64,000 nucleotides of DNA from Hemiscyllium ocellatum (GCF_020745735.1 NC_083413.1:97932409-97996408); one strand, 5' to 3'. Counted from the stretch's first letter, positions 12,545 to 24,021 are shown. The notes: generated from the sequence alone by a model not told the origin. Made by a program: numbers and translations.

Positions 12545-15389
12545 CATTTGGTAGTACTACGAGTGGGTTTTATCAGAAAGTTGTACGGAATCTTAAAAGT
12601 GTGGCTGCTTCACTCACTGAATTATTGTAGAAATACAAAAAGTTTCAATGGATGGAAAACTGTCAGAAGGCATTTGTCAGCCTGAAAGTTGTGTTAGTTA
12701 CTGCCCCAATATTAATAACCCAAAGCTATTCAAGGTAGTTATCGATGTAAGTGATCAAAGTGTCGGTGCTGTACTCTTACAAGAAAACAACAAGAAGATA
12801 AAAAGACTTATCAATTTTTTCTCAGGAAGCTAAACATTCATCAACAGGAATATTTGACAGTAGAGAAAGAGACCTTGAGTTTGGTATTGGCGTTACAACA
12901 TTTGCCAGTAATGTATCTGAGACAACCATACATATTGATCATAATCCATTAAAGTTTTTTGGGGAAATTTAAGGACAAACATTGTAGACTGGTTTTCGGG
13001 GCATGTCTTCATGAGAAAGTCTCTACATTATTTTACAGGACATTCTGAATCTCCAGCAATTTCTCTCATGTTGTTCGATTCCACATTAAAAATACAATTT
13101 AGCCACATGACAAATCAAACTTACTTTTTCGTCACTGCTTTCATTTCTGCCGAATTGAGATTATCATTTTTTTTGAATGTTCGGTCTGTTAAAGTGCAAT
13201 TGCTCAATAAAGAAAAAATGAAAAGCAAACTAAAATGGTGTCTGGGTCTATAATTTATTGTCAGACATTAAAAAAAACCCAGCAGTCTCACAATGCTGCA
13301 TTTCAAGCCTTGATCAGCTCATTTAAAGAAACCAGGTCAGACTCCAATCAGCCATGATGGTGATGAATGGCAGAGCAGGCTCGAAGGATTGCATGGCCTC
13401 CTCCTGCTCCAATTTTCCACGTTTCTAAACCGGCTTCAATACCCAAGAAAACTGAAGATACAGAATTATAAGCCTTCATCAGATGATTTAGGTAAATAGG
13501 TTACACATTCGAGTTTTTAGTCAGCATATAAAGTTAGTCCATTTGATCGCCCAGTATTGTTGCTTGAGGCTGAGATTACAGTTCATTAGAAGCTTTCCCA
13601 CCACTAAGATGAATCTGGTTGTGGGATTTATCTAGATAATTTTGAATAAAAGTATTTTAAATGTTGCGATTCTCCTGTCTCTGATTCCATGCCTCTATTT
13701 GAACAGGATTAGATTGTTGTGGATATTACCACTGCAGCTTCAATGTTACTTTTCTCTGTATCCTTAGGTGTCTCCAATTCAGTTGTTATCAGTTGCCAAC
13801 ACTCACTGACAATCAGCCTTTCTAATTGAAGCAGAAATTGCTGGAGAAGCCCAATAGGTCACAGGACTCCAAAACATTAACTCTGCTTTCCTGCCACAGA
13901 TGCTGCCAGACCTGTTGAGATTCTCCAGCATTTCATTATTGTTTCAGATTTCCAGCATCTGCAATTTTGTTTTATTTTAGCCTTTCTAAAATTCTGTCAA
14001 ACTTCATCTCATCCAAGTCTCAACTACATTTTTTTCACATGAACTGGACACCAACTTCCTCTTCATAATACTTCAGCAAGGCCCCTGCCCCTGTGAAGTT
14101 TAAAAAGGGCATTTATGATCATTGGCCCCACTCATTCTTTTGCTACCCTTTCACGGTTTATGACTAAGGATGACTTTTGGATTCCCTTTTAAAGTTAGCT
14201 GCCTTACTCTTTATTTCCCCTCTGAACTGTCTATATTTCGCACGGTTCTCACTGGGGTTAAAAATAAAACGTATCCTTTGCAACATCATGCAGGGGATTA
14301 GAGTATTATTTTTGCCAACATTTCCTGCTTATGGAAATGTTAAGCTGTACTGTACAGCTGTAGCTGAACATTGCCCAGATTTGTGCTTTAATGCCCTTTC
14401 TCAAATGCCCTCTTGCCCCATTGAAATCAGCCCTCTTCCAACTCAGAATTATTCTGGTTTGTTCCTTGTTCATTTAATACACAAGCTAAAATCTTTTGAT
14501 ACAATGATCGATGCTTTCTTAAATGACCCCAGTCTAATATTTAATGCATTTTATACATATTGTGTGTATGCACACAGATTCTGAAGTTGGCAGCGCAAAT
14601 TGAAGATATCATTAGGATTCTGAACATTATAAATAGGACTGTTGCATGCAAAATAAGGAAATTATGACAAATGGTTATAAACAGTCCAGCCTTTCCCTTA
14701 TGTCTAGTATTTATACAGCAAGCTTCAGGAAGGGATTTGAGAAGGTGCACAAAAGGTACACAAAAATAGTACCAGAGATGAGCAACTGGACAACTATGTG
14801 GATAGTTTGGAGAAGCTCGGGCTGCTCTTTATGGAGAACAGAAGATGAAGAAGACATTTTACACGTGTTCAAAATCATGAGGGACTTCAATAGAGTAGCG
14901 TAAAAGGGGAGGAGAATGCATTTGGATTGGTTACTGTTTGGATGGTTGGTGTGGACTTGTTGGGCCAAGTGGCCTGTCTCCATTCTGTATGGATTCTATT
15001 TAAAAAGGCTTGAGAAGAAAAGGACACTGATTTAAAATCTCAGCAAAATAAAACAACGGTTACATGGAATCCTTTCTTTAAAACCAGCATAGTTCAGGAA
15101 ACTGGAATGTTCTGCCTGATAGTTTAGTGGTGGAGGCAGCAGCTTCAACTGAGGTCTTCAAAAGGAATCTACAATTTTCATAAGGAGAGGTTTTGCAGTA
15201 TCAAATGGTAAAAGGACTTGGAGTGAACATAGGCAAGTTCCTCTTTGAGAGCTGATCAAATCATTGCCTCCAAATTGTTACCATTGATCGTTGTATAACA
15301 TTGCACAAACTACCAGCTCACCAGTTATTTCCTAATGGTTTCTCATATCCTGATATAATGACTAACTTAGTCATGCATGCAACTAAGCT

Positions 15390-15402
15390 NNNNNNNNNNN
15401 NN
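15390..15402. other. Assembly gap of 13 N
   Basis: 13 consecutive n characters. Confidence 1.
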
Positions 15403-15930
15403 GAGAGACGTTGAGTGACAGCAAAATAAAGTCACTCATTTTGTTGGTTAATAATATGATTGAAGTTCTTTTTAGCTTTATCTGCTGCTTGTGGTGGAAT
15501 GTAGAATTAAAGGGAGTTAACTTCTAATTGAATATTCTGAATATAATCACTTTGGACACGCTCTGTATTCAGTTGCCTAAATTGAATTTTGAAATGTTTA
15601 GTATGAATTACATGTTATTTTGTAGTGGGACAGAGACTGGCAGTGTCCTGGGGAAAAAAAAACTCAATTGTTTTACTAGCTAGTATACGTTTGAACTTTG
15701 ATTTAGTTTTATCTGTTTGTGAATGAATGTAGAAATAAAGGGCGCTAACTTCCGAATGGATTTATTTTAAAACAAAAAACTTGCAACTATCATGTGAAAT
15801 AGACCTGAAGGTACTCAATTTTACTCCCACCATTAAAAAAAAACACTCCCAAAGAAGCTATTCAGCAAAATAAATATCCCAAGATGTGTATATATCCATG
15901 TTTAAGCGTAACCTGGTAAATACATGAGCC

Positions 15931-16035
15931 CATGTGTTGGGGCTGTGCAAGCTGAGACCAGGATCCAGTCTCAGCCTCCAGCAGGAAACCAACAGGCGGA
16001 AGCTGTGAGCCTGCCCTTTCCGATGGCCATATAAA
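15931..16035 (+). promoter_or_regulatory. VH promoter region
   Basis: TATAAA at 16030-16035 (88 nt before the ATG); E-box CATGTG at 15931; Ets-type GGAA cores at 15982-15989 and 15996-16003; no ATTTGCAT octamer in 15403-16122. Confidence 0.6.
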
Positions 16036-16122
16036 TCCTAGGCACTGGACCGTAATTCAACACTCCGGGATCGGCTTTGTTTAGAAAGATCTTGACAGAA
16101 CCGCTTCCCAGAAGTTATCAGA

Positions 16123-16171
16123 ATGATTGTGTCGACAATTTTTCTCAGTTTATTACTGACTTTCTTATCAT
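16123..16171 (+). CDS. IGHV: IgM VH leader exon (MIVSTIFLSLLLTFLS + phase-1 base)
   Basis: ATG, hydrophobic signal peptide, donor t|gtgagt; 106-nt intron to the acceptor at 16276-16277. Confidence 0.95.
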
Positions 16172-16277
16172 GTGAGTGTTTTTTTTGTTTAAGTCTGTCT
16201 TTGTTGCTGTCTCAATGTTAGTCTACCTCAGGAATGTAAAAGTAATGCTCATGGTTTATTTCTTGTCTTTTTTAAAG

Positions 16278-16582
16278 GTGTCCAGTCGGAGATTGTTTTG
16301 ACCCAGCCAGAGGCAGAGACTGGCCATCCCGGAAGCAGCCTGACACTGACCTGTAAAACCAGCGGGTTCGATCTCAGCAGCTACTACATGAGCTGGGTCC
16401 GCCAGGTTCCCGGCCAGGGTCTGGAGTGGCTGGTTAGCTACTATACTCCATCCAGCAATTACTATGCACCAGCGATTAAGGATCGATTTACTGCGTCCAA
16501 AGACAATTCAAACAACATTTTCTCGTTGACAATGACTAACCTGAAGATCGAAGACACCGCCATCTATTACTGTGCAAGATAC
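16278..16582 (+). CDS. IGHV: Immunoglobulin heavy-chain V segment, open frame
   Basis: [101 protein letters not shown]; canonical Cys, Trp and YYC. Confidence 0.99.
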
Positions 16583-16621
16583 CACAGCGAGAGGAACCAG
16601 GGCTGAACCCGTTCAAAAACA
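16583..16621 (+). promoter_or_regulatory. VH recombination signal, 23-bp spacer
   Basis: Heptamer CACAGCG 16583-16589, 23-nt spacer, nonamer TCAAAAACA 16613-16621. Confidence 0.95.
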
Positions 16622-16969
16622 GCTCGAGGGAACATTTTGTCAATTCCATCATAAACTGATGGTCAGTTTGAGTTTTAAATGCAATTATACCAACTGCGAT
16701 CTGAAGCAGACCTCAGGCTGCCTCTTACAAAGCTATCAAAGAGGAAATGTACCATTTAAACTAGCAAACTGGTGACACAATGGGACAATGTTTTAGGCAT
16801 GTCATATGTACTGCTAACACTTCCATCAATTAAATGCTGGGACAAAATATATCTGACAGCTCAGGAAATCACTGCTAATTGTTATGTCAACTATGGCATT
16901 CATTCTAAACATGATCAGTACTAAATGGCTCTTTCAAATGAAAATTGAGACCTTGAGTAAAGAACAGAG

Positions 16970-17049
16970 AATGAGTGTACTGGTCTACATCATTGTGATA
17001 CTACAGTGGGTCACAGTGTTGTGCACAGCGACATCCTCATACAATAACC
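16970..17049 (+). other. IGHD: D1 segment ATACTACAGTGGGT (16998-17011) with 12-bp 5' RSS and 22-bp 3' RSS
   Basis: 5' heptamer CATTGTG 16991-16997 with degenerate nonamer AATGAGTGT 16970-16978; 3' CACAGTG 17012-17018, 22 nt, ACAATAACC 17041-17049. Confidence 0.92.
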
Positions 17050-17352
17050 ACTGACAAGGATTTATCTCAAATTGGTGATTTCTACCGTGGCAGGAGCGTG
17101 AAATAATGTGAGATGCAATTTAAACACAATCCAGTCGGGCTAGTTTGTACAAATGTAGAATTATTTTCTACCTTCTTCGTGTTGATTGTCAAGTTAAATG
17201 CAGACCAAACCTGGAAAAGTATTCCAAGCTTTCAAAATACAATGAATAGTAAAAGCTGAAATAATGCACCAAATCATTTTTCGAGGAGTCTGAATCACTG
17301 CTTTCTAGGAAGTGAAGAAATTATTTGCATTTTACAGTTTACAGTCTGTCAT

Positions 17353-17423
17353 AGTATTTGACACAACGTGTCTCACAGTGATATAACTGGGGTGACACTG
17401 CAATTATGATCAGTACAAAAACC
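17353..17423 (+). other. IGHD: D2 segment ATATAACTGGGGTGA (17381-17395) with 12/12 RSS
   Basis: AGTATTTGA 17353-17361, 12 nt, CACAGTG 17374-17380; CACTGCA 17396-17402, 12 nt, ACAAAAACC 17415-17423. Confidence 0.93.
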
Positions 17424-17750
17424 TATTCAGCCTCCATTGTTTGAAACTAGTCAGTGATTACTTCTACAAGCCGTCTTAACTTGCAGTGCAGTATTAGTTC
17501 TGTGGGGTTTTATGCCAGTATCACTATTTAATTTGTAAAAGTGTTGGGTAATTATTGATACACCAGTTGGGAATTTTGAGAATCAGCTGATGTGTTACTC
17601 TGTGAAGTATAAAACAGTATTAAAATTTATCAAGAATGATCAAAATTCACTCGCGCAATTATGTGATGAAGATTTATCGTGACTTTATTTTGCCTGTGGT
17701 TCTGAAAATTTAAAATGATGGTAGATTTTTGATTTGTTTTATGTAGAGCT

Positions 17751-17789
17751 AGTTATTGTGTGATCCAGTCCAGAGAATGTAACACTGTG
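17751..17789 (+). promoter_or_regulatory. JH recombination signal, 23-bp spacer
   Basis: Nonamer AGTTATTGT 17751-17759, 23 nt, heptamer CACTGTG 17783-17789. Confidence 0.95.
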
Positions 17790-17837
17790 ATGCTTTTGAT
17801 TACTGGGGCCAAGGGACCATGGTGACAGTGACTTCAG
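17790..17837 (+). CDS. IGHJ: JH segment (AFDYWGQGTMVTVTS)
   Basis: WGxG motif; donor g|gtaag at 17838. Confidence 0.99.
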
Positions 17838-18339
17838 GTAAGAACTTTGAACATTCTTAGTGACTTTTTAAAAACTTTCTATTCATGAGACTAATTTCTG
17901 AATTAAATGAAACTCAGATTCTGTGCTGAGTTTGGTTTGGTTCGGATTGATCTTTGTTCAGACTGATTATAGACTTCAATTAAGGCTCAGCAAATAGTTA
18001 AAATGGTGATGGTGGAGTCATTTGCTCAGTGTATCTCTTTTTTGATCAGTTGGACATTCTATGTGGCTGGGTTACTTGAAACACCTAATGTCTCTTAATC
18101 AGTCAGCTATAAATAATGTTTAATGTCAGTGACACCCTGACTGTGAGTTTTATTATCAACAACAAATGCTACGAATTCAAAGATGTTCAAGATATTACCA
18201 AACATGACTAAAATATGCTAAAATATCATTATTCATTTCTTGAATATATGTTCTTATCATGATGATATTTTCTCATTTATTTTGTTAATTTTGTTGATGA
18301 CAAGCAGGTTAGAAACTGTCATCAAAGTTTCTTGCGGTG

Positions 18340-18645
18340 CTATATTGCATTCTGTTGATTAGATTCGGAGTTTGTTTTACTTGATTCTGTTGAATTGAGT
18401 TGATTGGATTTTGGCTTTGTTTTAGTTGTTTCGGGTTGAAGTGTGTTGATTGGATTCTGACTTTGTTTTTACTTGGTTTTGTTGAATTGTGTTGATTGAC
18501 TTTTGAAATTGTTTTATTTGATTCTGTTGAATTGAATTGGTTGGATTCTGATTATGTTTCATTCAATCTGTTGTTTTGAGTTGATTGGATTCTGATTTTA
18601 TTTTCCTTGATTCTGTTGAATTGAGTTGATTGGATTCTTATTCAG
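18340..18645 (+). repeat. Degenerate tandem repeat of about 45 bp, about 6.5 units, T/G-rich
   Basis: Units like ttgattctgttgaattgagttgattggattctgactttgttttac start at about 18381, 18426, 18473, 18518, 18562 and 18607. Confidence 0.9.
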
Positions 18646-20249
18646 TTTGTGAAATTGATCTGCGTTTTCATGCTTTCTGAATCGATGTTTTCTTTCTGGT
18701 GAGGAGATTGACTCTCTGGATTACTTTTCATTACCAATATTTGTGAAGTTCTTTTGTTTTTCATGAATCATTTCTGCATTTGTTAAACTTATATGACACA
18801 TTTTTCTCTGCTTGATTGAAAACATGACATCCATTTGAAACGGTCTGAAAAACAACTTAAGGCAGAAACCCAGATATGTGAGAAATGAAAAAAAACGAGT
18901 TTTTAATGGATTGACTTTAAAAAAAAACTCAGTTCTAATTGTAAACGAACTGAATTTTGTTTTAAGTAGCCTCATTCAAAATAAAATTTAGGACCTAAAT
19001 CTGAAACTGCAGAATTGATCAGATTACGTAATTGAAACTAACTTAAAATTATAATGTGGTAATATTTGTCCATTCAGTAATTTTGTTTTGACCATGAGGT
19101 GATTAATCAATATATGCCTTCAACCCCACTCTACTGTGCACTGCACAAGATTGTCATGATCAGGAAGGGTGTGCAGGTTAGAAATAAATTGAACTATTGC
19201 CAGAAACGTTACAGCTTTAAGTGTTAAGTCCCCTCACAAACAAGGTTGCTATTATGACCTGTTATTTCTATTCAATTTAATCATTAGTTTGCTTGATTCT
19301 GAGCAGCTTTGTTAGACTTCAATTTGGTTTTATTTGTGAGGTGACATCATGTTCTTGGTTCTGTTGAAAATGTTTGCAGAGCTAGTTCTGCTGCAAACAT
19401 ACCGTGTTGTGATCTGGTGATCGTTGATCTGTTGAGGAGGGACTGTGCTTGGGTAACATTAAATGTGTTATATTTGGGAAACCGTTTCTGGTTTCTACAT
19501 TGTTTTTGCAATGTTAACACGGTTGGTGACAGTGAACTGCTCTTTCCTCATTCAATGCAATCAGCATGCGAGTTACAATTTCATAAAGTCTATTATAAAG
19601 TGAAAGGCAAATCGCACAGGTTTTAGAAATGAAGGGAAAACAGATACCTTCAGGTGCTATTTTTACTTAAAATAAATAATTAAGGATTAATCTAATCCAT
19701 GCTTTACAATCCAAATTCGAAACTCAACTATCTAGTTCAATCACAAGGTCTGTCTTTAAGCAGTTTACAAGTCATAGAGAAATATAAATAGAATTTCAAA
19801 AGTCTAATGTTCTAATTGTTCTTGCTCTTGAGCAAAAATGCCATGACTGTGCTATAATTGATCAAGAAACACCTTTCAATTCCCCTGTACACTACATACA
19901 TATTTTTCTGGCTGGAAAAGATCATTGGCAAAGCCCATGTGGAAATTCTGCTCAATTCTATGAAGAACAGATCAGTTTCACTGCTTTGATCAGTTTCACA
20001 TATAACTTGAGTTAATTAATTGTTATGTCCCTGATTAAACTGGATTTGCATGATAAAAATAAAACATTAACTGAATTATTTAAGCTGCACAGTACTTTAG
20101 GTGTTCCCAATCTGTGCATGTTAAATAAATAGTTACATTTTACAACAAAATATCAACTGAAGAGTCATTCTTCAGGAAACAACTGCTATAGTGAATTATG
20201 TGACCAACCAAATTTCGAATTAATTAAAGTAATCCACTCATGAACTCCA

Positions 20250-20592
20250 GGGCAGCATGGTGGCTCAGTGATTGGCATTGCTGCCTCACAGCGCCAGGGT
20301 CCCAAATTTGATTCCACCCTCGGTGACTGCCTGTGTGGAGTTTGCACATTCTCCCTGTGTCTGTGTGGGTTTCCTTCGAGTGCTGTGGTTTCCTACCACA
20401 GTCCAAAAGATGTGCAGGTCAGGTGATTGTGCAGTTTAGCACAGCCATAGTGTTCAGGGATGTCTAGGTTAGGGTGCATTAGTCAGGGGTAAATATAAAT
20501 TAGGGGGAATGGGTCTGGGTGGGCTACTTACTGTTCAGAGGGTCAGTGTGGAATTGTTGGGCCAAATGGCCCGTTTCCATACTGTAGGAACT
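20250..20592 (+). mobile_element. tRNA-derived shark SINE
   Basis: gggcagcatggtggctcagtgattggcattgctgcctcacagcgccaggg head and gggccaaatggccc body; same family as 11782-12083. Confidence 0.85.
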
Positions 20593-20835
20593 CTCCTCTT
20601 AAAACCATGGGAGTACTTGCTGCAAACGCAGAAAACTCATTTTACATCGATGTGTTCAGGCGTATGCAGAGTTCACAAATTTGCAGAAGACATGAACTAG
20701 AGGATAACAGAGCACATTGTTTATTCAAACACTGAAAATAGAGTAATATTTATTTTAATTAATATACTTAATCGATTTATTGCAATGTAGCGATCTGAAG
20801 GAATCTGCTCACATTAGTTCAGTGTGACAATCATT

Positions 20836-21125
20836 TAGATTAGATTTCCTGCAGTATGTATCAGGCCATTTGGCCCAACAAGTCCACACTGACCCTCTGA
20901 AGAGGAACCCATCCAGACCCATTCCCCTACCCTATATTTACCCCTGACTGATGCACCTAACACTATAGACAATATAGCATGACTAGTTCACCTGACTTGC
21001 ACATCTTTGGATTTTGGGAGGAAATCCACACAGACACAGGGGAGATTGTGTAAACTCCACATAGGCCGTCACCTGAGGCTGGAACCGAGCCTGGGTACCT
21101 GGATCTGTGAGGCAGCAGTGCCCAC
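20836..21125 (-). mobile_element. tRNA-derived shark SINE, inverted relative to 20250-20592
   Basis: ttagattagat tail, ggccatttggcccaac, tgtgaggcagcagtg; 5' head truncated. Confidence 0.8.
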
Positions 21126-23839
21126 ATTTACTTAGACATCCGTTAAAGTGGGCAACTCCAGACAGAAGCATGTTTTCAATTCATACCTTTTTCAACATTT
21201 TAGTTCATTACAAGCAGTTAACAAGAAAATAACCTTGCCCTAATTCCTTCAACAGAAATGCTTTCCACACTGGAATGCAGTATCGTTTATGCAGTGCATG
21301 CAAAGTCTCCACAATTCGAGGAACGTTTTAAGAATATTTAAAAATAATTTCGAGAATAATCCATTTCCTCCAGATCTGTGCTTTAATTGGCAATATTTCC
21401 CACCTCAATAATTTTGTTAAATACAATGACTTATTAAGTTTATGAACTCAGTGGTTATTTATGTTCATTGTGAATACATTCTCGTTCACATTAATCCACT
21501 GGTTAGTTCCTCTGATGAATATTCAATTACAGTGAATATATTTGACGTGAGGAGTTGAGCAATGTATCCTCTGGGATTAAGTCTGTTGTACAGTTTGTTT
21601 CAGTGCTATCTCTGACTAACTTGTCCACGGTCCTGACCATTTATAAATTGTCCAGTTCGGATACCTGAATCTCAGACAGTTCAATTTTATCTCGCGCTTC
21701 AAAACCACTTTTATCTGCCAGAAATACAATATTTGATTAGGTGCCTCAGAATTGAGAGCCCTGACTAAGTTGTTCCAATCAGAACGAACGTTTCAGGAAC
21801 AAAAGGCAGATAGCAAGAGTTTTTGAAATTGGTTGTTGACAACAAGAGATATTTGATTGAGCGAGGCAGAGGGAAATATGCTGCAGATTTTCTTTGTGCC
21901 TCAGTTATGCAGGAGATGTTTCGTGGCACAATGTAAAATCAGAATTTTTTTTTGCATCTTATTATTTGAAAACTTATTATCAGCTTTTAATGTTACTGGC
22001 AATGGTCTTATTACACTTCAAAACATTTTAATCTTTTTCAAACTAAGTAGACCGTCTGGTGCAGCAACATTCACAGGGGAAAGAGGAAGGGAGTTCGAGG
22101 TTGGAATCTAGTGACAGTGAATTGATGGCAATGCAATTCCTAGTTTTATTGCTCTATAGTTCCCATCGAGTTTGAACAATTTGGAGCAGCTGTCAAAGTA
22201 TTCTTGGATAAATGTTGAAATGTTACTTTCATTGTACAAACATTCTGGAACAATCCCTGGTTGTTGGAAGGTGTTAATAACTAACATGGTTTATAAACTG
22301 TCAAAACAGGTGAGCTGTGTTCTCCGTGATAGTGTCGAGCTCATTGTGTTCAGGTCTGTTGTGATGTTGTGGTAGGGTCCCTGATTCTGTGTCAGGTGGC
22401 CTGTGTTCACTTACAACCTGTTAGAGAGGTATGTAACACCATCTCTTATCAGGTTACTTCAGTACAAGAAAGCAGATTGAGATGTTTGGGTGTTTGTTGG
22501 AATTCCACTCACAGAGGCCAGTGAAATCTATTCAATCGCTGTCCTGACTTGTGTCTCTTAGATATTAAACAGAATTTTGGTGGTTAGCAGCTTTTTCCAG
22601 ATCAATATTTGTTCACAAGCTTTTGGGCATCGCTAGATGGGGTTAATGGAGTAAGTGCTCAAAGAAATCCCAGCTTTTGACTTGCTGTTCTAACAATATC
22701 ATTTATAACTAATCCCGAATGAATCATTTTCAAAGTATATTTGATGAGATTTTGCTTAGGCTGTTTTACTTTATATTAAACCAGTGCTGTAGCTGAATTT
22801 GATAGTTCAGTACGGTGGGGGTTCCGCTGAATCCAACACTTGCAGCAGATGGTGATAGCTTTTCAGTTGGTCTTCCATTGCTATCTCAGACCATCAGTAC
22901 CTCTGCTAAGAATCCTTTTTCCAACAGGAGTCAAGCCAACGGAATCACTGTTTATCTCAACGGGTGTGAGCTCTTGTGCCAAAAACATGAAAACAATTTG
23001 GTGAAGAGGGGGGTCTCTGGATGGGAAAGGTTCACCTTGCCTTCTCTCCACAGGAGCTGCTAGACCTGCTGAGTTTCTTCAGACGTTTCTGTCTTTATTT
23101 TGGTTTTCTAGCATTTAAAGTTTGTTGTTTCATTGAAAAACGTTCTGTTCGATTAAACACGTTTTTCAGAGAAAAGATGCATTTGAACAAATTGCGAATC
23201 TTCAGAGATATTATTGAATTTGAGTGCCCTGATCTCGAGCTGTAGTTTCACAAGAAACTATTATGAAGTAACAACACACTGCAGAGTGCAGTGGCTGCTG
23301 TAATTGGGTGGAAGTTATTTTGATCACTCAAATAGAGAATGTCAATGATCCCATTCCAAATAATCAACAAGTTTTTTTTAAAGCATGTGTGAAACAATTA
23401 ATTTATCGAAATATTTTAATAAAAGTATTCACGGCCAGTGCTAGCTTAATGAATGACACAATGATAGGAAGGTAGGAACAAGAGGAGGGCACTCAGCCCC
23501 TCTAGTTGTTCCCCCACTTACTTAGATCATGGTGCATCTGTGAGCTCAATCCACAGGTCTCCCTTTGGCTAAAGCTCTTTAACACCTTTGTTTAACAAGC
23601 AAAAGCTATCCCAGATTTACTGATTTGACTGCCCACAACAAAGGGAGACACCATTTCTGAAAGACATTCCTGTGAGTACTGTGACACAATGAGGCTGGGA
23701 TTAATTGCTCATGAAAGTAAACTTTAAATATCTGACAATTTCCAATGGAAACATCCCAATCATCATATTTCATTAATTTAACACTATACTTCCCTGGAAT
23801 CAAGAAATATAATGTGTGATTGCCTTGCTAAAAATGAGG

Positions 23840-24021
23840 AGAAAGTGAGGACTGCAGATGCTGGAGATCAGAGCTGAAAATGTGTTGCTGAAAAGCACAG
23901 CAGGTCAGGCAGCATCCAAGGAGCAGGAGAATCGACGTTTCGGGCATGAGCCCTTCTTCAGGAAGGGCTCCTTGGATGCTGCCTGACCTGCTGCGCTTTT
24001 CCAGCAATACATTTTCAGCAG
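23840..24021. mobile_element. Fold-back Penelope pseudo-LTR insertion with 15-bp TSD
   Basis: TSD TTGCTAAAAATGAGG at 23825-23839 and 24022-24036. Arms 23873-23924 and 23967-24019 are reverse complements (2 mismatches, 1 indel). Same family as 3256-3943. Confidence 0.88.

Larger units (their letters stand above)
11380..13000 (+). mobile_element. Degenerate Ty3/Gypsy LTR-retrotransposon pol remnant (RT and RNase H), interrupted by a SINE and a MITE
   Basis: YDLLKGCWQ, SAFVTP, GIKNMPATFQRL, VVHIDDL, ITLLGHVI (RT); VIDVSDQSVGAVLLQE (RNase H); many stops and frameshifts. Confidence 0.8.
1..14808 (+). repeat. Copy 1 of a near-identical segment repeated at 49192-64000 (offset 49189-49192)
   Basis: Base 1 (ccctcaaaaaattccag) matches 49192. 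ORF-track entries recur at offsets 49189-49192 with almost identical translations. I found 4 small indels and 6 substitutions by eye. Confidence 0.99.

Noticed and set aside
15358-15389. Nested palindromes (atgactaacttagtcat, catgcatg) at the contig end
   Set aside because: They abut the assembly gap, so context and accuracy cannot be judged.
1500-15389. Remaining 60-140-codon ORF-track entries outside Ig exons and the ERV
   Set aside because: They are TE remnants or chance ORFs, many with non-ATG starts, and have no independent coding signal.
16568-16574. Cryptic heptamer TACTGTG in VH FR3 (VH replacement)
   Set aside because: It is imposed by the conserved YYC codons, and there is no upstream V in this cluster to use it.
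18340-18645. 45-bp repeats as a CRISPR-like array
   Set aside because: Eukaryotic intron, contiguous diverged units, no unique spacers, no cas genes.
20044-20051. Isolated octamers ATTTGCAT at 20044, 9634 and 58823
   Set aside because: About 3 are expected by chance in 49 kb of AT-rich DNA, and there are no supporting neighbouring motifs.
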